This document shows, piece by piece, positions 42,106 through 52,663 of a stretch of DNA of 64,000 bases. A program made the translations under genes and the position numbers. The notes below the pieces were generated by a model. That model was not told where the DNA came from. It ran no database searches and saw only the letters and a program-made list of their open reading frames with translations. The DNA is from Dehalococcoidia bacterium (GTDB lineage: Bacteria > Chloroflexota > Dehalococcoidia > UBA2979). The stretch lies in the NCBI GenBank assembly GCA_041690175.1, contig JAWLHV010000006.1, positions 63,914-127,913 on the forward strand. The letters are read 5' to 3'. Positions within the stretch are counted from its first letter, which is position 1. Each line of letters starts with the position of its first letter.

Positions 42106-44802
42106 ATGCGCTCCGCCGAACTCCACTCACCGCGCCGTTCCTTCCTCGCGAACCTCGTCCTGCTGGTGGCGCCCTCCACGCTGCTGCTGGCGGCGCCCGC
42201 GCTGGTGCTGTGGTCCACCGGCCGCGACGCGGATCCGCAGATGCAGGCGATGGCCGTGATGCTGGCGGCGCTGCCGCTCCTCACGCCGCCCATGCTGCGG
42301 CTGGTGGGCCGCCCGTGGGACGCGCACCTGCTGGCGCCGGCGTGGGTGCTGTGCGCGCTGGGCCTGGCCGTGGTGGCGCGCGTGCAGCCCTCGATCCTGG
42401 CCACACAGATGCTGTGGATCAGCGTCGGCTGGTCGGCGTTCATCGCGCTGGTGGGCTTCCCGCTGCTGCTGCCGTGGCTGCAGCGCTTTCGCTACTGGCT
42501 GCTCCTGGCCGGCCTGCTGCTGATCCTGGTGACGCTCATGGCCGGCGAGGACGTGACCGGGCAGGGCGCGCGCCTGTGGCTGACCATTGGCCCGGTGCGC
42601 ATGCAGCCGGCGGAGTTGCTGCGGGTCCTGCTCATCGCCTTCATCGCCGGGCACCTCGCTGAGCGGGTGGCGTCCTCCGGACCTCGAGGGGTGGAGTTGC
42701 GCTCGATGGCGGCGGACTGGGCGCCGTTGCTGGCGATGTTCGGCGTCACGGTGCTGGCCGTTCTGGCGCAGCGGGACTTCGGCCCGTCCCTGATCTTTGG
42801 CGCGAGTTTCGTGGCCATGCTCTACCTGGCCACGGGACGGAAGACCTACGTGCTGGCGGCAGTGGGCGTGGGGTTGGTGGCCTTCGCGCTGATCTACCTG
42901 GGCTCGGACCGCGTGCAGGGGCGCGTGGACGCCTGGATGGATCCGTGGGCGGACCCGCGAGGGCAGGGCTACCAGTCCCTGCAGGCCCTGGGTGGGTTCG
43001 TCTTTGGCGGCGTGTTCGGGTCGGGGCCGGGCTACGGCTATCCCGGCCTCATCCCCGCAGCCCACACGGACTATCCGCTGGCGGTGATCGGCGAGGAGTG
43101 GGGGCTGCTGGGCTCGCTGGCGGTGGTGGCGCTGTACGGGCTGATCGTGGCGCACGCGCTGGGCCGTGCGAGCGCATCCTGGAGCGGCTTCGGCCAGTTG
43201 TTGAGCGCCGGCCTGGCGGTGAGCCTGGCGGCGCAGGTGCTGCTGGTCTCCGGGGGCGTGCTGCGCGTGGTGCCGCTGACGGGCCTGACGAGTCCCTTCC
43301 TGAGTTACGGCGGTAGTTCCATGCTGATGGCGTGGGTGATCCTGGCGCTGCTGGTGGCCGCTCGGGGCGAGCATGTTCCGCGCGCCGTCCCCAACCTCGC
43401 CCCGAACCTTGCACGCCTGCCGCGCATCGAGTTGCGCACGCGCGAGGTAGGGCTGGCCGTGCTCGCCGGCTTCGCGGGTCTCAGCCTGGCGCTGGGCTAC
43501 TGGCAGGCGGCCCGCGCGGACCTGCTGACGGACCCCGCCGTCACCGGCGAGCGCCTGCGCTCCGAGGAGGCGCGCGTCCACCGCGGTCGCATCCTGGACC
43601 GCGAAGGGCGCGTGCTGGCGGAGACGGAGATCGGCCCTGACGGGGAACCTCGACGCGCCTACCCGGCGCCCGGCGCGGTGCACGTGCTGGGCTTCAACTC
43701 CGTGCTGGTGGGCGCTTCAGGGGTGGAGGCCCACGCCTCAGACCGGTTGATGGGGCACCACGACTCCTCCCCGGCGGACACCTGGCGTGACCTGCTGAAC
43801 CGCCCCCGCGCCGGCTCGGACGTCACGCTCACCCTGGACCTGGACTTGCAGCAGGTGGCGGCGGCGGCGCTGGAGGGCGTGGCCGGTGCGGTGGTGGCGC
43901 TGGACCCGCGCACGGGCGACGTCCTCGCCATGGCCAGCAGCCCCACCTTCAACGCGAACTTCAGCCCGGAGGAGTGGGAGGAACTGCGCGCGGCTCCGGA
44001 TAGCCCGCTCCTCAACCGCGCGACGCAAGGCCTCTACACGCCGGGCTCCACGTTCAAGACGGTCACGCTGGCCGCCGCGCTGGAGTACGGCCTGGTGACG
44101 CCGGACATGCCCGCCGCCTGCCCGCCGGAGGTGTTCATCGATGGTGTGCGCATCGTCAGCAGGAACGAGCCGCCGGGTCGCACCACGCAGACCGTGGCGG
44201 ACGCCTACGCGTACTCCTGCAACACCTTCTTCGCGGAACTGGGCGTGGCGGTCGGGGCGGAGCGACTGCGCGCCATGTCCGAGGCGCTGGGACTGACCGA
44301 TGCCCCGCCGTTCCCGCTGCCGACGTCACAGGGGCGACTGGCGACCTCGCCGGGCTTCCTGGAGACGGGGGCCGGGCTCGCGGCCTCCGGATTCGGGCAG
44401 GGGGAACTGCAGTTCTCGCCGCTGCACCTGGCCCTGGTTACCGCCGCCGCCGCGAATGGCGGCGTGATCATGGAGCCGCGCCTCTTCCTGGAGGACGAAC
44501 CTCGCGAGTGGCGACGCGCCCTGTCGCCGGCCACCGCGCGCGACCTGGCAGAGATCATGGGCTACAGCGTGGAGGCGGGATGGGCCTCCACGGCGGCGGT
44601 GCCGGGCGTCCGCGTGGGCGGGAAGACCGGTTCCGCGGAGGTCGTGACGGAGGAACAGCCGCACGCGTTGTTCATCGCCTTCGCGCCCGTGGACGCGCCG
44701 GAGATCGCGGTAGTGGTCATCAAGGAGTACGCCGGCTCCGGTTCGCAGCAGGCAGGCCCGGTGGCGCGCTCGATCATCGAGGCGTGGCTGGCCGGCCAGT
44801 AG
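42106..44802 (+). CDS. Fused SEDS glycosyltransferase (RodA/FtsW) and class B PBP transpeptidase
   Basis: QPAELLR, QRDFG, HTDY (catalytic Asp), TGLTSPFLSYGGSS; then PGSTFK (SxxK), YSCN (SxN), GKTG; one uninterrupted frame. Confidence 0.9.
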   Translation: MRSAELHSPRRSFLANLVLLVAPSTLLLAAPALVLWSTGRDADPQMQAMAVMLAALPLLTPPMLRLVGRPWDAHLLAPAWVLCALGLAVVARVQPSILATQMLWISVGWSAFIALVGFPLLLPWLQRFRYWLLLAGLLLILVTLMAGEDVTGQGARLWLTIGPVRMQPAELLRVLLIAFIAGHLAERVASSGPRGVELRSMAADWAPLLAMFGVTVLAVLAQRDFGPSLIFGASFVAMLYLATGRKTYVLAAVGVGLVAFALIYLGSDRVQGRVDAWMDPWADPRGQGYQSLQALGGFVFGGVFGSGPGYGYPGLIPAAHTDYPLAVIGEEWGLLGSLAVVALYGLIVAHALGRASASWSGFGQLLSAGLAVSLAAQVLLVSGGVLRVVPLTGLTSPFLSYGGSSMLMAWVILALLVAARGEHVPRAVPNLAPNLARLPRIELRTREVGLAVLAGFAGLSLALGYWQAARADLLTDPAVTGERLRSEEARVHRGRILDREGRVLAETEIGPDGEPRRAYPAPGAVHVLGFNSVLVGASGVEAHASDRLMGHHDSSPADTWRDLLNRPRAGSDVTLTLDLDLQQVAAAALEGVAGAVVALDPRTGDVLAMASSPTFNANFSPEEWEELRAAPDSPLLNRATQGLYTPGSTFKTVTLAAALEYGLVTPDMPAACPPEVFIDGVRIVSRNEPPGRTTQTVADAYAYSCNTFFAELGVAVGAERLRAMSEALGLTDAPPFPLPTSQGRLATSPGFLETGAGLAASGFGQGELQFSPLHLALVTAAAANGGVIMEPRLFLEDEPREWRRALSPATARDLAEIMGYSVEAGWASTAAVPGVRVGGKTGSAEVVTEEQPHALFIAFAPVDAPEIAVVVIKEYAGSGSQQAGPVARSIIEAWLAGQ

Positions 44803-44815
44803 GCTGCGCGCGCTG

Positions 44816-45625
44816 CTAGTAGAGGGCGGCGGCGACGTCCTCCAGCGCGCGACGCTCCTCCTGGTCCATCGGCTCGTACTCGGAGGCCACGGCCACGTTC
44901 TGGCGGATGCGGTCCGGGTAACGTGCGCCCGGGATCGCCACCGAGACCCCGGGGTGGGAGAGGACGTAGCGCAGGAGGTTCGCCGGCGTCAGGATGCCCG
45001 CGCTGCCGTCCTCCATCCGGGTGCGCATGACGCTGGTGCGGCCGGATCCGCCCAGTGGACGCATCACGATCACGCCCACGTCATGCTCCGCGGCCAGGTC
45101 GATGAGTGCCGACGACTCCGGGTAGAAGGCGGAGTACTCCACCATCACCGTGTCGAACGCCCCGCTGAGGACGGCCCGCTCCCCGATCTCCAGGTGGTGC
45201 GTGGACACGCCAATGTGCCCGATGAGCCCTCGGTACTGCGCGACCTGGAGGCCCTCCAGCGCGCCGTCCGCGCCCATCGCTTCGTCCCAGGCCTGCGGCG
45301 TGGAGATGTCGTGCAACTGGTAGAGGTCGATGCGCTCGACGCCGAGGAAACTGAGCGAGCGGTCCACGTCGCGCTGGCTGCCGTCCGCAGTGTGGTTGAA
45401 GGTCTTGCTGGCCACGTGGAACGTCTTGCCGCCGCGCTCGCGCACCACCTGGCCGATGAGGAACTCGCTGCCCTCGTACTCGCGAGCGGTGTCCACGAAG
45501 TCGATGCCGAGGTCCAGCGCGGTACGGAGCGTGTCGGCGCCCTCGGACGACTGGGGGGTGTCCATGGCCCCCAGTCCGAGTTCCGCGACCATCAGGTCGG
45601 TGCGTCCGAGTCGCCGCTTGCGCAC
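44816..45625 (-). CDS. Aldo/keto reductase
   Basis: RRLGRTDL, FVDTAREY, VASK, IDLYQLH, HIGVSTH, IVMRPLGG. Confidence 0.85.
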   Translation of the reverse strand: MRKRRLGRTDLMVAELGLGAMDTPQSSEGADTLRTALDLGIDFVDTAREYEGSEFLIGQVVRERGGKTFHVASKTFNHTADGSQRDVDRSLSFLGVERIDLYQLHDISTPQAWDEAMGADGALEGLQVAQYRGLIGHIGVSTHHLEIGERAVLSGAFDTVMVEYSAFYPESSALIDLAAEHDVGVIVMRPLGGSGRTSVMRTRMEDGSAGILTPANLLRYVLSHPGVSVAIPGARYPDRIRQNVAVASEYEPMDQEERRALEDVAAALY

Positions 45626-45679
45626 GATTCCTCCCGCCGCTCCCGCGGGATCCACGATACCGGCGGGCTGTTGGGGAGG

Positions 45680-46129
45680 TCAGGCGGGCTGCGGGTAGAG
45701 CATCATCTGCGTGCAGCGGAAGAGCGCGATGACCTTGCCGGTCTGCTCGTGTCTGACCTCGGCGTCCCACACCTGCGTCATACGGCCGCCGTGGACCAGG
45801 CGCGCCTGCACCTCGATGGCGCCGTCACGGGCTGTCCCGAGGTAGTTGCACTTGACCTCGATGGTGGTGAACCCGCTGGCGCCGGGGGCGCGGAAGGCCA
45901 GCGCGCCGTAGCCACAGGCGGTGTCCGCGAGCGCCACCACGCTGGCGGCGTGGAGGTAGCCATTGGGCGCCATGCGCTCCGGCGTGACCTCCATCCTGCC
46001 GGTCACGGCGTCCTCACCCAGGGCCGTGATCTGGATGCCTAGGTGGCCGGGAAGGTGGCCCTCACCTCGATTGGTCATGTACTCCGGCGTCATGGCGGCG
46101 CCGGTCAACGGATCGGTCGGGATCTCCAC
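45680..46129 (-). CDS. PaaI-like hotdog-fold thioesterase
   Basis: NGYLHAASVVALADTACG, TTIEVKCNYL, HGGRMTQVW. Confidence 0.85.
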   Translation of the reverse strand: MEIPTDPLTGAAMTPEYMTNRGEGHLPGHLGIQITALGEDAVTGRMEVTPERMAPNGYLHAASVVALADTACGYGALAFRAPGASGFTTIEVKCNYLGTARDGAIEVQARLVHGGRMTQVWDAEVRHEQTGKVIALFRCTQMMLYPQPA

Positions 46130-46186
46130 CTGCCAACCTCCAGCGCGTGCCGCCCTCGCTGATCGGGCGGCGCGGCCGGAAGCATC

Positions 46187-46702
46187 TCACGCGCGCGACG
46201 TTGGGTGATGCTCCGCCAGCGGGCGAGGGGAGGCGGACTGCCGCGGTGGCCGATACCCGAGGGCCCGCAACCGCTGGATCGTGTTGGCGGCGGACGAGTG
46301 GCGGACGAAGACCCCGCCGCGAGACTCCCACAGGTGTGCATTGCGGGTGCTGTCGTCCACCAGGACATCGCCGGGGGCGGCGTACAGGCACTTCTCGCGG
46401 GACATACAGGTGATGACCGGCACCTCCGGCCCCAGGTGGCGGGCGACCCAGCGCCGCTTCTGCTTCGCGGCCCACTTGCCGCGAGGAAGCCCGGTCAGGA
46501 TCTGTGGCTCGAAGGCGCGGCAGTACGCCCACAGTTCGGGGGCGTCTGGCGTCATCGGCATGGTCTCGAAAAAGTCGGGCGTCCTCGCGGCCCGTGCCCA
46601 CATCTCCCTGACCGCCATCTCCCGGGGAGCGCGGCCAAAGAGGGCTCGAACGTGGGCATCGAAGTCCGCGAGGACGCCGTCCAGGTCCAGGAAGAGCGTC
46701 AC
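46187..46702 (-). CDS. HAD-superfamily 5'(3')-deoxyribonucleotidase-like protein
   Basis: LFLDLDGVLADF (motif I), ILTG, LVDD; AGGAGG RBS. Confidence 0.75.
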   Translation of the reverse strand: MTLFLDLDGVLADFDAHVRALFGRAPREMAVREMWARAARTPDFFETMPMTPDAPELWAYCRAFEPQILTGLPRGKWAAKQKRRWVARHLGPEVPVITCMSREKCLYAAPGDVLVDDSTRNAHLWESRGGVFVRHSSAANTIQRLRALGYRPPRQSASPRPLAEHHPTSRA

Positions 46703-46758
46703 GCTCTGACGATCCTCCTGCCAATCACCGTGATCTCAACGACACACCCAGGCCTGGG

Positions 46759-46950
46759 CTACGTGTTCCCCATCGCCTGGCTGATGTCGTTGGCGCTGTT
46801 GAACCGCTGGGCGGGCAACTGGCGGAGCGCCTGGAGCGCCTGCTCGTCCGCGCCGCGGGACTGGGCGTGGCTGATCACTTGCTCCTTGTCCACCGGGAAG
46901 TCCAGGCCGCCGAGGTACTTCTGGATCTGGGTCGGGTCCATGTTTGCCAA
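46759..46950 (-). CDS. DUF2795 family small protein
   Basis: YLGGLDFPVDKEQVISHA...GAD...L..L.QLP...FNS..DI pattern. Confidence 0.75.
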   Translation of the reverse strand: MANMDPTQIQKYLGGLDFPVDKEQVISHAQSRGADEQALQALRQLPAQRFNSANDISQAMGNT

Positions 46951-47138
46951 GAGGGGATCCTTTCGCGCAGTGGTGGGCGCGGAACGAGGCGAGCCTAGGC
47001 GCGCGGCTGTTGCAGAACCGGTGCGGTGATGACGGGCGCCCTCGCGTTCGCATGGCAGAGCGGCGTGGAGGCCGGAGGCGGTAGAGTTGCGCGCGGCGGG
47101 CGCCCCGCCTCCCGAGCGGCTAGCGGACGGAACTGGAC

Positions 47139-47354
47139 ATGGCGAAGAACGTAGAGGCCCCCTGGCCGGGGACGGTGCAGGAGATTGCCGTGTCCGTGGG
47201 TGACCCGGTGACGGAGGAGCAGGAAGTCCTGACGCTGGAGTCCATGAAGATGCTCACGCCCGTGGCCTCGCCCGTCGCCGGGACGGTGGCGGAGGTGCTG
47301 GTAGCCGTGGGTGACTTCGTGGACGAGGGAGCGCTCCTGCTCCGGCTGGACTGA
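47139..47354 (+). CDS. Stand-alone biotin carboxyl carrier (biotinyl) domain protein
   Basis: VEAPWPGTV, LESMKM biotinylation motif, SPVAGTV, VAVGDFV. Confidence 0.88.
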   Translation: MAKNVEAPWPGTVQEIAVSVGDPVTEEQEVLTLESMKMLTPVASPVAGTVAEVLVAVGDFVDEGALLLRLD

Positions 47355-47509
47355 CCCCCGCGGCCCTAGGGCTACCCGACGATAGTCAGGATCCTCACAG
47401 GATCCCCCGTCGGGCGGACGGGCCGTTGCATGTACAACTGGGGCTGACCTACCGCGCGCACCGGGCGGCGCGCAGCCGGCGTGCCTTCCCGTGGAAGGGC
47501 CCCTCCCCC

Positions 47510-49987
47510 GTGAAGCACCTGCAGCGGTGGATCTGGGTCCTGGGCGCCGTGGTCACACTCACGGCCTCCGTGTTCATCCTGCTCACCATGAACGGCGTGC
47601 GCGACTCCTCGCGCGCCGCGGGTGACCTGGGGGAACTCCGCGCCTATTCCGAGCGCATCCGCAACGCCGCCGTTGCCGGCGACGCTCCGCGGCTCGCCTC
47701 GCTGATCGAGTCCCGCCACGCGCACATCACCGATCTGGAGCCGGCGCTCCGCGCGGTAGGGGACGACCGCGCGGTGTTCGCGCTGGACAGCATCGACCAG
47801 ACGTTCGACCGGCTGGAGGCCGCCGCGCTGGCCGGGCAGACAGAGGAACTCCCCTCGCTCGTGTCCGGCGTGACCGCGCAGGTGGATTTGCTGCTGGGGG
47901 TGCTGGCGGCAGACCGGGACGCCGCCGTCACCACGGTGCGCCGAACCGCGGCGGCGGCCGCCGCGCTGGCCGTGGCCGGGGCCGCCGCAGCCGTCGCTGC
48001 CAGCGTGATCGCGGGGCGCCGCATGCGTCACCTGGCCGCCCGGGAGGCTAGCGCGAACCGCCGCTACGAGGCGCTGGTGGCGTCCATGCAGAACGGCATC
48101 CTGGTGACAGACGACCAGGGCGTGGTCGCGTACTGCAACCGCGCCCTGGCGGAGATGTTCGGCTTCCAGGTTGAGGAACTCGTGGGGCAGCCGGCCTCGA
48201 TGCTGCTCCCGGCCGGCGAGGACGCGGACGGCCCGGTGGACGCCGTCCGCCGCGGCGAGGTGATGCCGCCCACGCTGGCCCAGCGTGCCGGCCGCGACGG
48301 GGCCCGCGTGGACGTGGTCATCGCCGTGACCCCGATCTTCGAGGGCGACCGTTGCGTGGCCACGCTCTCGGAGTTCCGCAACGTCACCCAGGAGGTGGCC
48401 CTGCGTGCGCGAGTCGGACTGGAGATCGCCAAGGGCGAGGGGATCATGGACGCTGCCCCCGTCCCGATCGTGGTGATGGACGCAGAAGGCGTGGTGATTG
48501 CCGCGAACCCTGCGGTGCACGAAACGCTGGGCTGGGCGCCGGACGACCTGGTGGGGCAGCCCGTCTCCGTGCTCATGCCGGAGCCGTTCGCCTCGCAGCA
48601 CATGGACTACCTGCGGCACTTCCTGGACACCGGCGAGGCATCCACCGAGGGCGGCCTGGTGGTCGGCCGCGAGCGGCCCGCGTTCGCCCTCCACCGTGCC
48701 GGCCACCAGATCCCCATTGGCCTGCGGGTGGCGCAGGCGCTGACGGAGGACGGCCAGCGCGTCTTCACCGGCGTGATCTACGACCTGACCCGCCAGTCCA
48801 ACCAGGAGGGCGAGCGCCTGCAACTGCTGGAGAGCCTGATGCAGGGCCAGCGAGACGTGGCGCTGGGCGCGATGGTGGGCGGGGTGGCCCACGACTTCAA
48901 CAACCTGCTCACCGCCATCGCGGGGGCGCTTGACCTGGAGATCAGCGCTCGCGGTCAGTCCTCGCGGTGGCTGGACCACGCCTCCGTGGCGGCCCGTCGG
49001 GCCAGCGCCGTGGTCCGCCGGCTCCTGCAGACGGTGCGTCCGCGGACCACCGAGTTGTACCCCACGGACGTGTGGGAGGTGGTGATGGAGACGGTGGAAC
49101 TGGCCCGGGAGACCTTTGACCGGCGCGTCTCCATCCAGGCGAACCGCGCGGGGCATCTGCCCCTGGTGCTGGCCGACAACGGGCGCCTGGGCCAGGTCTT
49201 CCTCAACCTGCTGCTGAACGCGCGGGACGCGGTGCTGGAGCGCTCCGGCGACGCGGGGCCCGGATACGCGCCGGAGGTGCGGCTGGCCGCCGGGACTACC
49301 CAGGACGCCGTGGGCCGAGCCGTGGTGCGCGTGGTGGTGTCCGACAACGGAGCGGGGATGGCTCCGGAGGTGCTGGAGCGCATCTTCGACCCGTTCTTCA
49401 CCACGAAGCGCGAGGGGCGCGGCTCCGGCCTGGGCCTGGCGATGGTCCGGTCCATCGTCCGAGAGATCGACGCGACCATCGAGGTGGAGTCGCACCAGGG
49501 GATCGGCACCTCTGTCACGGTGGACATCCCCTCGCTGGGCGACGAGTTCGTGGACCCTCGGCCAGCGCCGGAGTCCCGGCCGGAGCGCGCCCACGTCCTG
49601 GTGGTGGACGACGAGGAGATCGTCCGGGAGGTGGCCGGCAGCGCCCTGGAGCGGGACGGCTACCAGGTCTCGGCCGCCGCCAGCGGCGAGGAGGCGTTGG
49701 AGAACCTGCGACTGGTGGGCCAGTGCGACCTGGTGCTCCTGGACTTGAACATGCCCGGGATGGGCGGGTGGGAGACGCTGGCCCGGCTCCAGGAACGCCA
49801 CCCCGGCCTGCCCGTGGTGATCATGAGCGCCACCGTCTGGCCGGTGGAAGCGGCGCGCAGCGGCGCCTGCGGCACGCTGGAGAAGCCCTTCGCGATGCAG
49901 GACCTGCTGGCCACGGTGGAGCGCGTGCTGGAGCGCGAGCGTGACGTGGACGCCGGCCGCGGCGCGCGGCGGCCCGCCACCTCGTGA
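47510..49987 (+). CDS. Membrane hybrid sensor histidine kinase (TM sensor, PAS, PAS, HisKA, HATPase, REC)
   Basis: H-box [11 protein letters not shown]-box [27 protein letters not shown]; REC with [10 protein letters not shown] and EKPF. Confidence 0.9.
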   Translation: MKHLQRWIWVLGAVVTLTASVFILLTMNGVRDSSRAAGDLGELRAYSERIRNAAVAGDAPRLASLIESRHAHITDLEPALRAVGDDRAVFALDSIDQTFDRLEAAALAGQTEELPSLVSGVTAQVDLLLGVLAADRDAAVTTVRRTAAAAAALAVAGAAAAVAASVIAGRRMRHLAAREASANRRYEALVASMQNGILVTDDQGVVAYCNRALAEMFGFQVEELVGQPASMLLPAGEDADGPVDAVRRGEVMPPTLAQRAGRDGARVDVVIAVTPIFEGDRCVATLSEFRNVTQEVALRARVGLEIAKGEGIMDAAPVPIVVMDAEGVVIAANPAVHETLGWAPDDLVGQPVSVLMPEPFASQHMDYLRHFLDTGEASTEGGLVVGRERPAFALHRAGHQIPIGLRVAQALTEDGQRVFTGVIYDLTRQSNQEGERLQLLESLMQGQRDVALGAMVGGVAHDFNNLLTAIAGALDLEISARGQSSRWLDHASVAARRASAVVRRLLQTVRPRTTELYPTDVWEVVMETVELARETFDRRVSIQANRAGHLPLVLADNGRLGQVFLNLLLNARDAVLERSGDAGPGYAPEVRLAAGTTQDAVGRAVVRVVVSDNGAGMAPEVLERIFDPFFTTKREGRGSGLGLAMVRSIVREIDATIEVESHQGIGTSVTVDIPSLGDEFVDPRPAPESRPERAHVLVVDDEEIVREVAGSALERDGYQVSAAASGEEALENLRLVGQCDLVLLDLNMPGMGGWETLARLQERHPGLPVVIMSATVWPVEAARSGACGTLEKPFAMQDLLATVERVLERERDVDAGRGARRPATS

Positions 49988-50379
49988 CCTCCCCCGCGGA
50001 CGTCCCCCGCTACGGGACGGAGGACGTCCTGGTGCTGGAGGGTGAGGGCCTCCTGCGGAGCGTGGTCTGCGACGCCCTGGAGCAGGCGCTCCCGCGCGTC
50101 CGGGCTCGTCCCGCCGGCACGGTGGAGGAGGCGGCGCGGGTGCTGGAGTCCTGGCCGATCTCGCAGATGGTTAGCGAGGTGCTGGTGGAGGGCGCGAACG
50201 TCTCCGCGTGGCTCACGGAGACGCTGGAGGCGCGCCCCCTGATGGCCCTGGTCACGTTCTCCGTACAGCGCCCGTGGCTTCCGGCGGACCTGCGCGAGAG
50301 CCCTCGCGTGGCGCACGTGGAGAAGCGCGCCGGCTCGCTGCGGGCGCTGGTAGAGACGTGTGACTCGCTGCTGACGTAG
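49984..50379 (+). CDS. Atypical (pseudo-) receiver domain protein
   Basis: REC-like pattern VLVLEGE ... MVSEVLVEG ... VEK; GTGA overlap with the kinase stop. Confidence 0.55.
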   Translation: MTSPADVPRYGTEDVLVLEGEGLLRSVVCDALEQALPRVRARPAGTVEEAARVLESWPISQMVSEVLVEGANVSAWLTETLEARPLMALVTFSVQRPWLPADLRESPRVAHVEKRAGSLRALVETCDSLLT

Positions 50380-50408
50380 CGGACGCCGTTCCCATGCTCG
50401 GACACGCA

Positions 50409-50436
50409 CAGAGGAGGGAGTTGCCCCCCTCCTCTG
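50409..50436. terminator. Hairpin between convergent genes
   Basis: 10-bp stem CAGAGGAGGG / CCCTCCTCTG with an 8-nt loop. Confidence 0.6.
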
Positions 50437-50460
50437 CTGTCGGGTCCGCGGACCTGGCCG

Positions 50461-52500
50461 CTAGGCGGCGCGGCGTTGGTCCGCGTTCAGCGGTACTACC
50501 TCCGCGCGTCCACCATCGCGAAGGCTGAAGGCGGCGATCTGCTCCAACAGGGCGTCCGCCATGTGCCCCAGTTCGTTCGTGGAGGCAGAGAGTTGCTCCA
50601 CCTGGGCGCTCATCTCCTCCGCGGACGCGGAGACCTCCTCCGTGGCGGCGCTGTTCTCCTCCGCCACCGCGGCAATGGAGGAGATGGCGTCGCTGACGGT
50701 GCTGGCCTGCTCCGCCATGCGCTCCGCCGCCAGGCGGTTCTCGCCGGCCACGTTGCCCACGGCCTGGATGCGCTCGGACATCTCCGCGCCGGCGTCCTTC
50801 AGGTCCTCCGCACCGGCGGCGATGTCCCCGATCTGGCCGGACACCGCGTTCACGGCGTCCAGGATGCGTGCCAGCGCCTGGCCCGCCTCTTCCGCGGCCT
50901 CGCTGCTGGAGCGCATCTCCGTGACGCCGTCCGCCATGGCGTGCACGGAGGAGTCCAGGCCGGACTGCACGCTTTCGATGAGGCTGGCGATCTCCTTGGT
51001 GGCTGCCGCCACCCGCTCCGCCAGTTCGCCCACCTCGTCCGCGACCACCGCGAAGCCGCGGCCCTGGTCCCCGGCGCGGGCCGCCTCGATGGCGGCGTTC
51101 AGCGCCAGGAGGTTGGTCTGCTCCGCCACGTCCTCGATGACCGCGACGATCTTGCCGATCTCCTGGGAGCGGCTGCCGAGCGCCTGGATCTCGTTGGCGG
51201 CGGTGTCCATGCGCGCCTGGAGGCGGGTGATGCCCTCCACGGTGGCGTGGACGCGGTTCGCGCCCTCCGTCGCGGCGGCGGTGGTGTTCTCTGCCCCGCT
51301 GGAGGCGGCCTGCGCGTTGGCCGCCACGCGGGCGGAGGCCTCCGCCACGCGCTCGCTGAGCGCCGCCGCCTCCTCCACTGCCGCGGACTGGCGCTCCGCG
51401 CCGGTGGTGACGTGGCCGATGACCACGCTCAGGTCGTTCACGTTGCTGCTGATGTCCTGCACCGCGGCTGCCTGGTCGCCGGTGCCCTGGGCCACCTGCG
51501 TGCTGGAGCGGGCGATCTCACTGGTGGCCTGGGCCGCCTGCTCCGCCACGGACTCCAGTTCCGCCTTGGAGCGCGCGAGTTCCTCCGCCGTGTGGCGGGC
51601 ACGGGAGAGCACGTCGTTCAGGCTGTCCGCCATCTGCACGAACGCGTTGCCCAGCGCGTCCCGCTCGGACTGGGCACGGACGGACACGGTCAGGTCCCCG
51701 TCCGCGATGCGGGCCGCCGCGGCGGCCATGCCGGAGAGGTACTCCTTCATGGCGGCGAAGGCGCGCGCCATGTCCCCGATCTCGTCGTTGGTGGAGACCT
51801 CGACGTCCTGGTCCAGGTCGCCCTGCGAGATGCCTTCCGCGGCGGCGCGCATCTTGCCCACCCCGGCGGAGATGGAGCGTGCGAGCCAGAACGCGATGCC
51901 CAGCCCGGAGGCCAGTGCGATCCCGGAGATCGCGAGCATGATCGTGCGGGCGCTGGAGGCGGCCGCGGCGGCCGCGTTCACCGCTTCCTCCGCGATCTGC
52001 GCGTTGAACGCGCCGGCTTCCGTCAGGTCCGTGTTCATCCGCGCGATCGCGGCGTTCATCCCAGCGGCGGCCTGCTGTGCCTCTGCCACGCGGTCCTGCG
52101 CCAGGAGGTCCAGCACGGTCTCACGCAGGGCGATGACCTCCACGATCTCCGCCTCGATGGCGCTCCACTGCTGCTCGTCCTCCGCCGAGGCGAAGGTGCC
52201 CTCGTAGAGGTGCATGGCGTCTTCCGCCGCCTGCATCTCATCCCGGGACTGCTGGATGAGCGCGTCGCGGTCCGGGCCGGCGGGGGTCAGGAAGGCGCGC
52301 TTCTCCTCCCGGGCGCTGGCGATCATGTTCTGGTTCGTGAGCAGCGCGTACTGCACGCCCTGCACGTTCTGGGTGTACATGTCGTCGGTGCGCTGGGCTG
52401 CCTGGTTCAAGCGCATGATGCCCAGGATGGCGATCACGCCCATCATCAGCAGCACCAGGCTGAAGCCTCCCAGGAGCTTCGTGCGAATGGTGAGCCTCAT
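50461..52500 (-). CDS. Methyl-accepting chemotaxis protein (four-helix-bundle sensor, HAMP domains)
   Basis: [12 protein letters not shown], second TM, HAMP ([10 protein letters not shown]), hairpin tip [34 protein letters not shown] methylation tracts. Confidence 0.93.
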   Translation of the reverse strand: MRLTIRTKLLGGFSLVLLMMGVIAILGIMRLNQAAQRTDDMYTQNVQGVQYALLTNQNMIASAREEKRAFLTPAGPDRDALIQQSRDEMQAAEDAMHLYEGTFASAEDEQQWSAIEAEIVEVIALRETVLDLLAQDRVAEAQQAAAGMNAAIARMNTDLTEAGAFNAQIAEEAVNAAAAAASSARTIMLAISGIALASGLGIAFWLARSISAGVGKMRAAAEGISQGDLDQDVEVSTNDEIGDMARAFAAMKEYLSGMAAAAARIADGDLTVSVRAQSERDALGNAFVQMADSLNDVLSRARHTAEELARSKAELESVAEQAAQATSEIARSSTQVAQGTGDQAAAVQDISSNVNDLSVVIGHVTTGAERQSAAVEEAAALSERVAEASARVAANAQAASSGAENTTAAATEGANRVHATVEGITRLQARMDTAANEIQALGSRSQEIGKIVAVIEDVAEQTNLLALNAAIEAARAGDQGRGFAVVADEVGELAERVAAATKEIASLIESVQSGLDSSVHAMADGVTEMRSSSEAAEEAGQALARILDAVNAVSGQIGDIAAGAEDLKDAGAEMSERIQAVGNVAGENRLAAERMAEQASTVSDAISSIAAVAEENSAATEEVSASAEEMSAQVEQLSASTNELGHMADALLEQIAAFSLRDGGRAEVVPLNADQRRAA

Positions 52501-52663
52501 GTCCGTCCTGTTCTCTCCCGCGGGATCCCCGCGCACTGGTTGTCGGGATTGTCCGGACGGGTCAGGAGCGCACCGCTCCGTGTGAACCCTGAGTACGGGC
52601 CTGCGCGGGGGCATGAGTCACGGTGCTGACAGGATCGGGGGCCGGCGTAGGCGGGTGGTCGCC

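Noticed and set aside
46187-46950. Phage remnant suggested by the deoxyribonucleotidase-like HAD and small ORFs
   Set aside because: No integrase, structural genes, att repeats or compositional shift
47372-52629. Long antisense ORFs (809 aa at 47372-49801; 717 and 548 aa at 50476-52629)
   Set aside because: Mirror frames of the kinase and MCP caused by biased codon usage; no protein motifs
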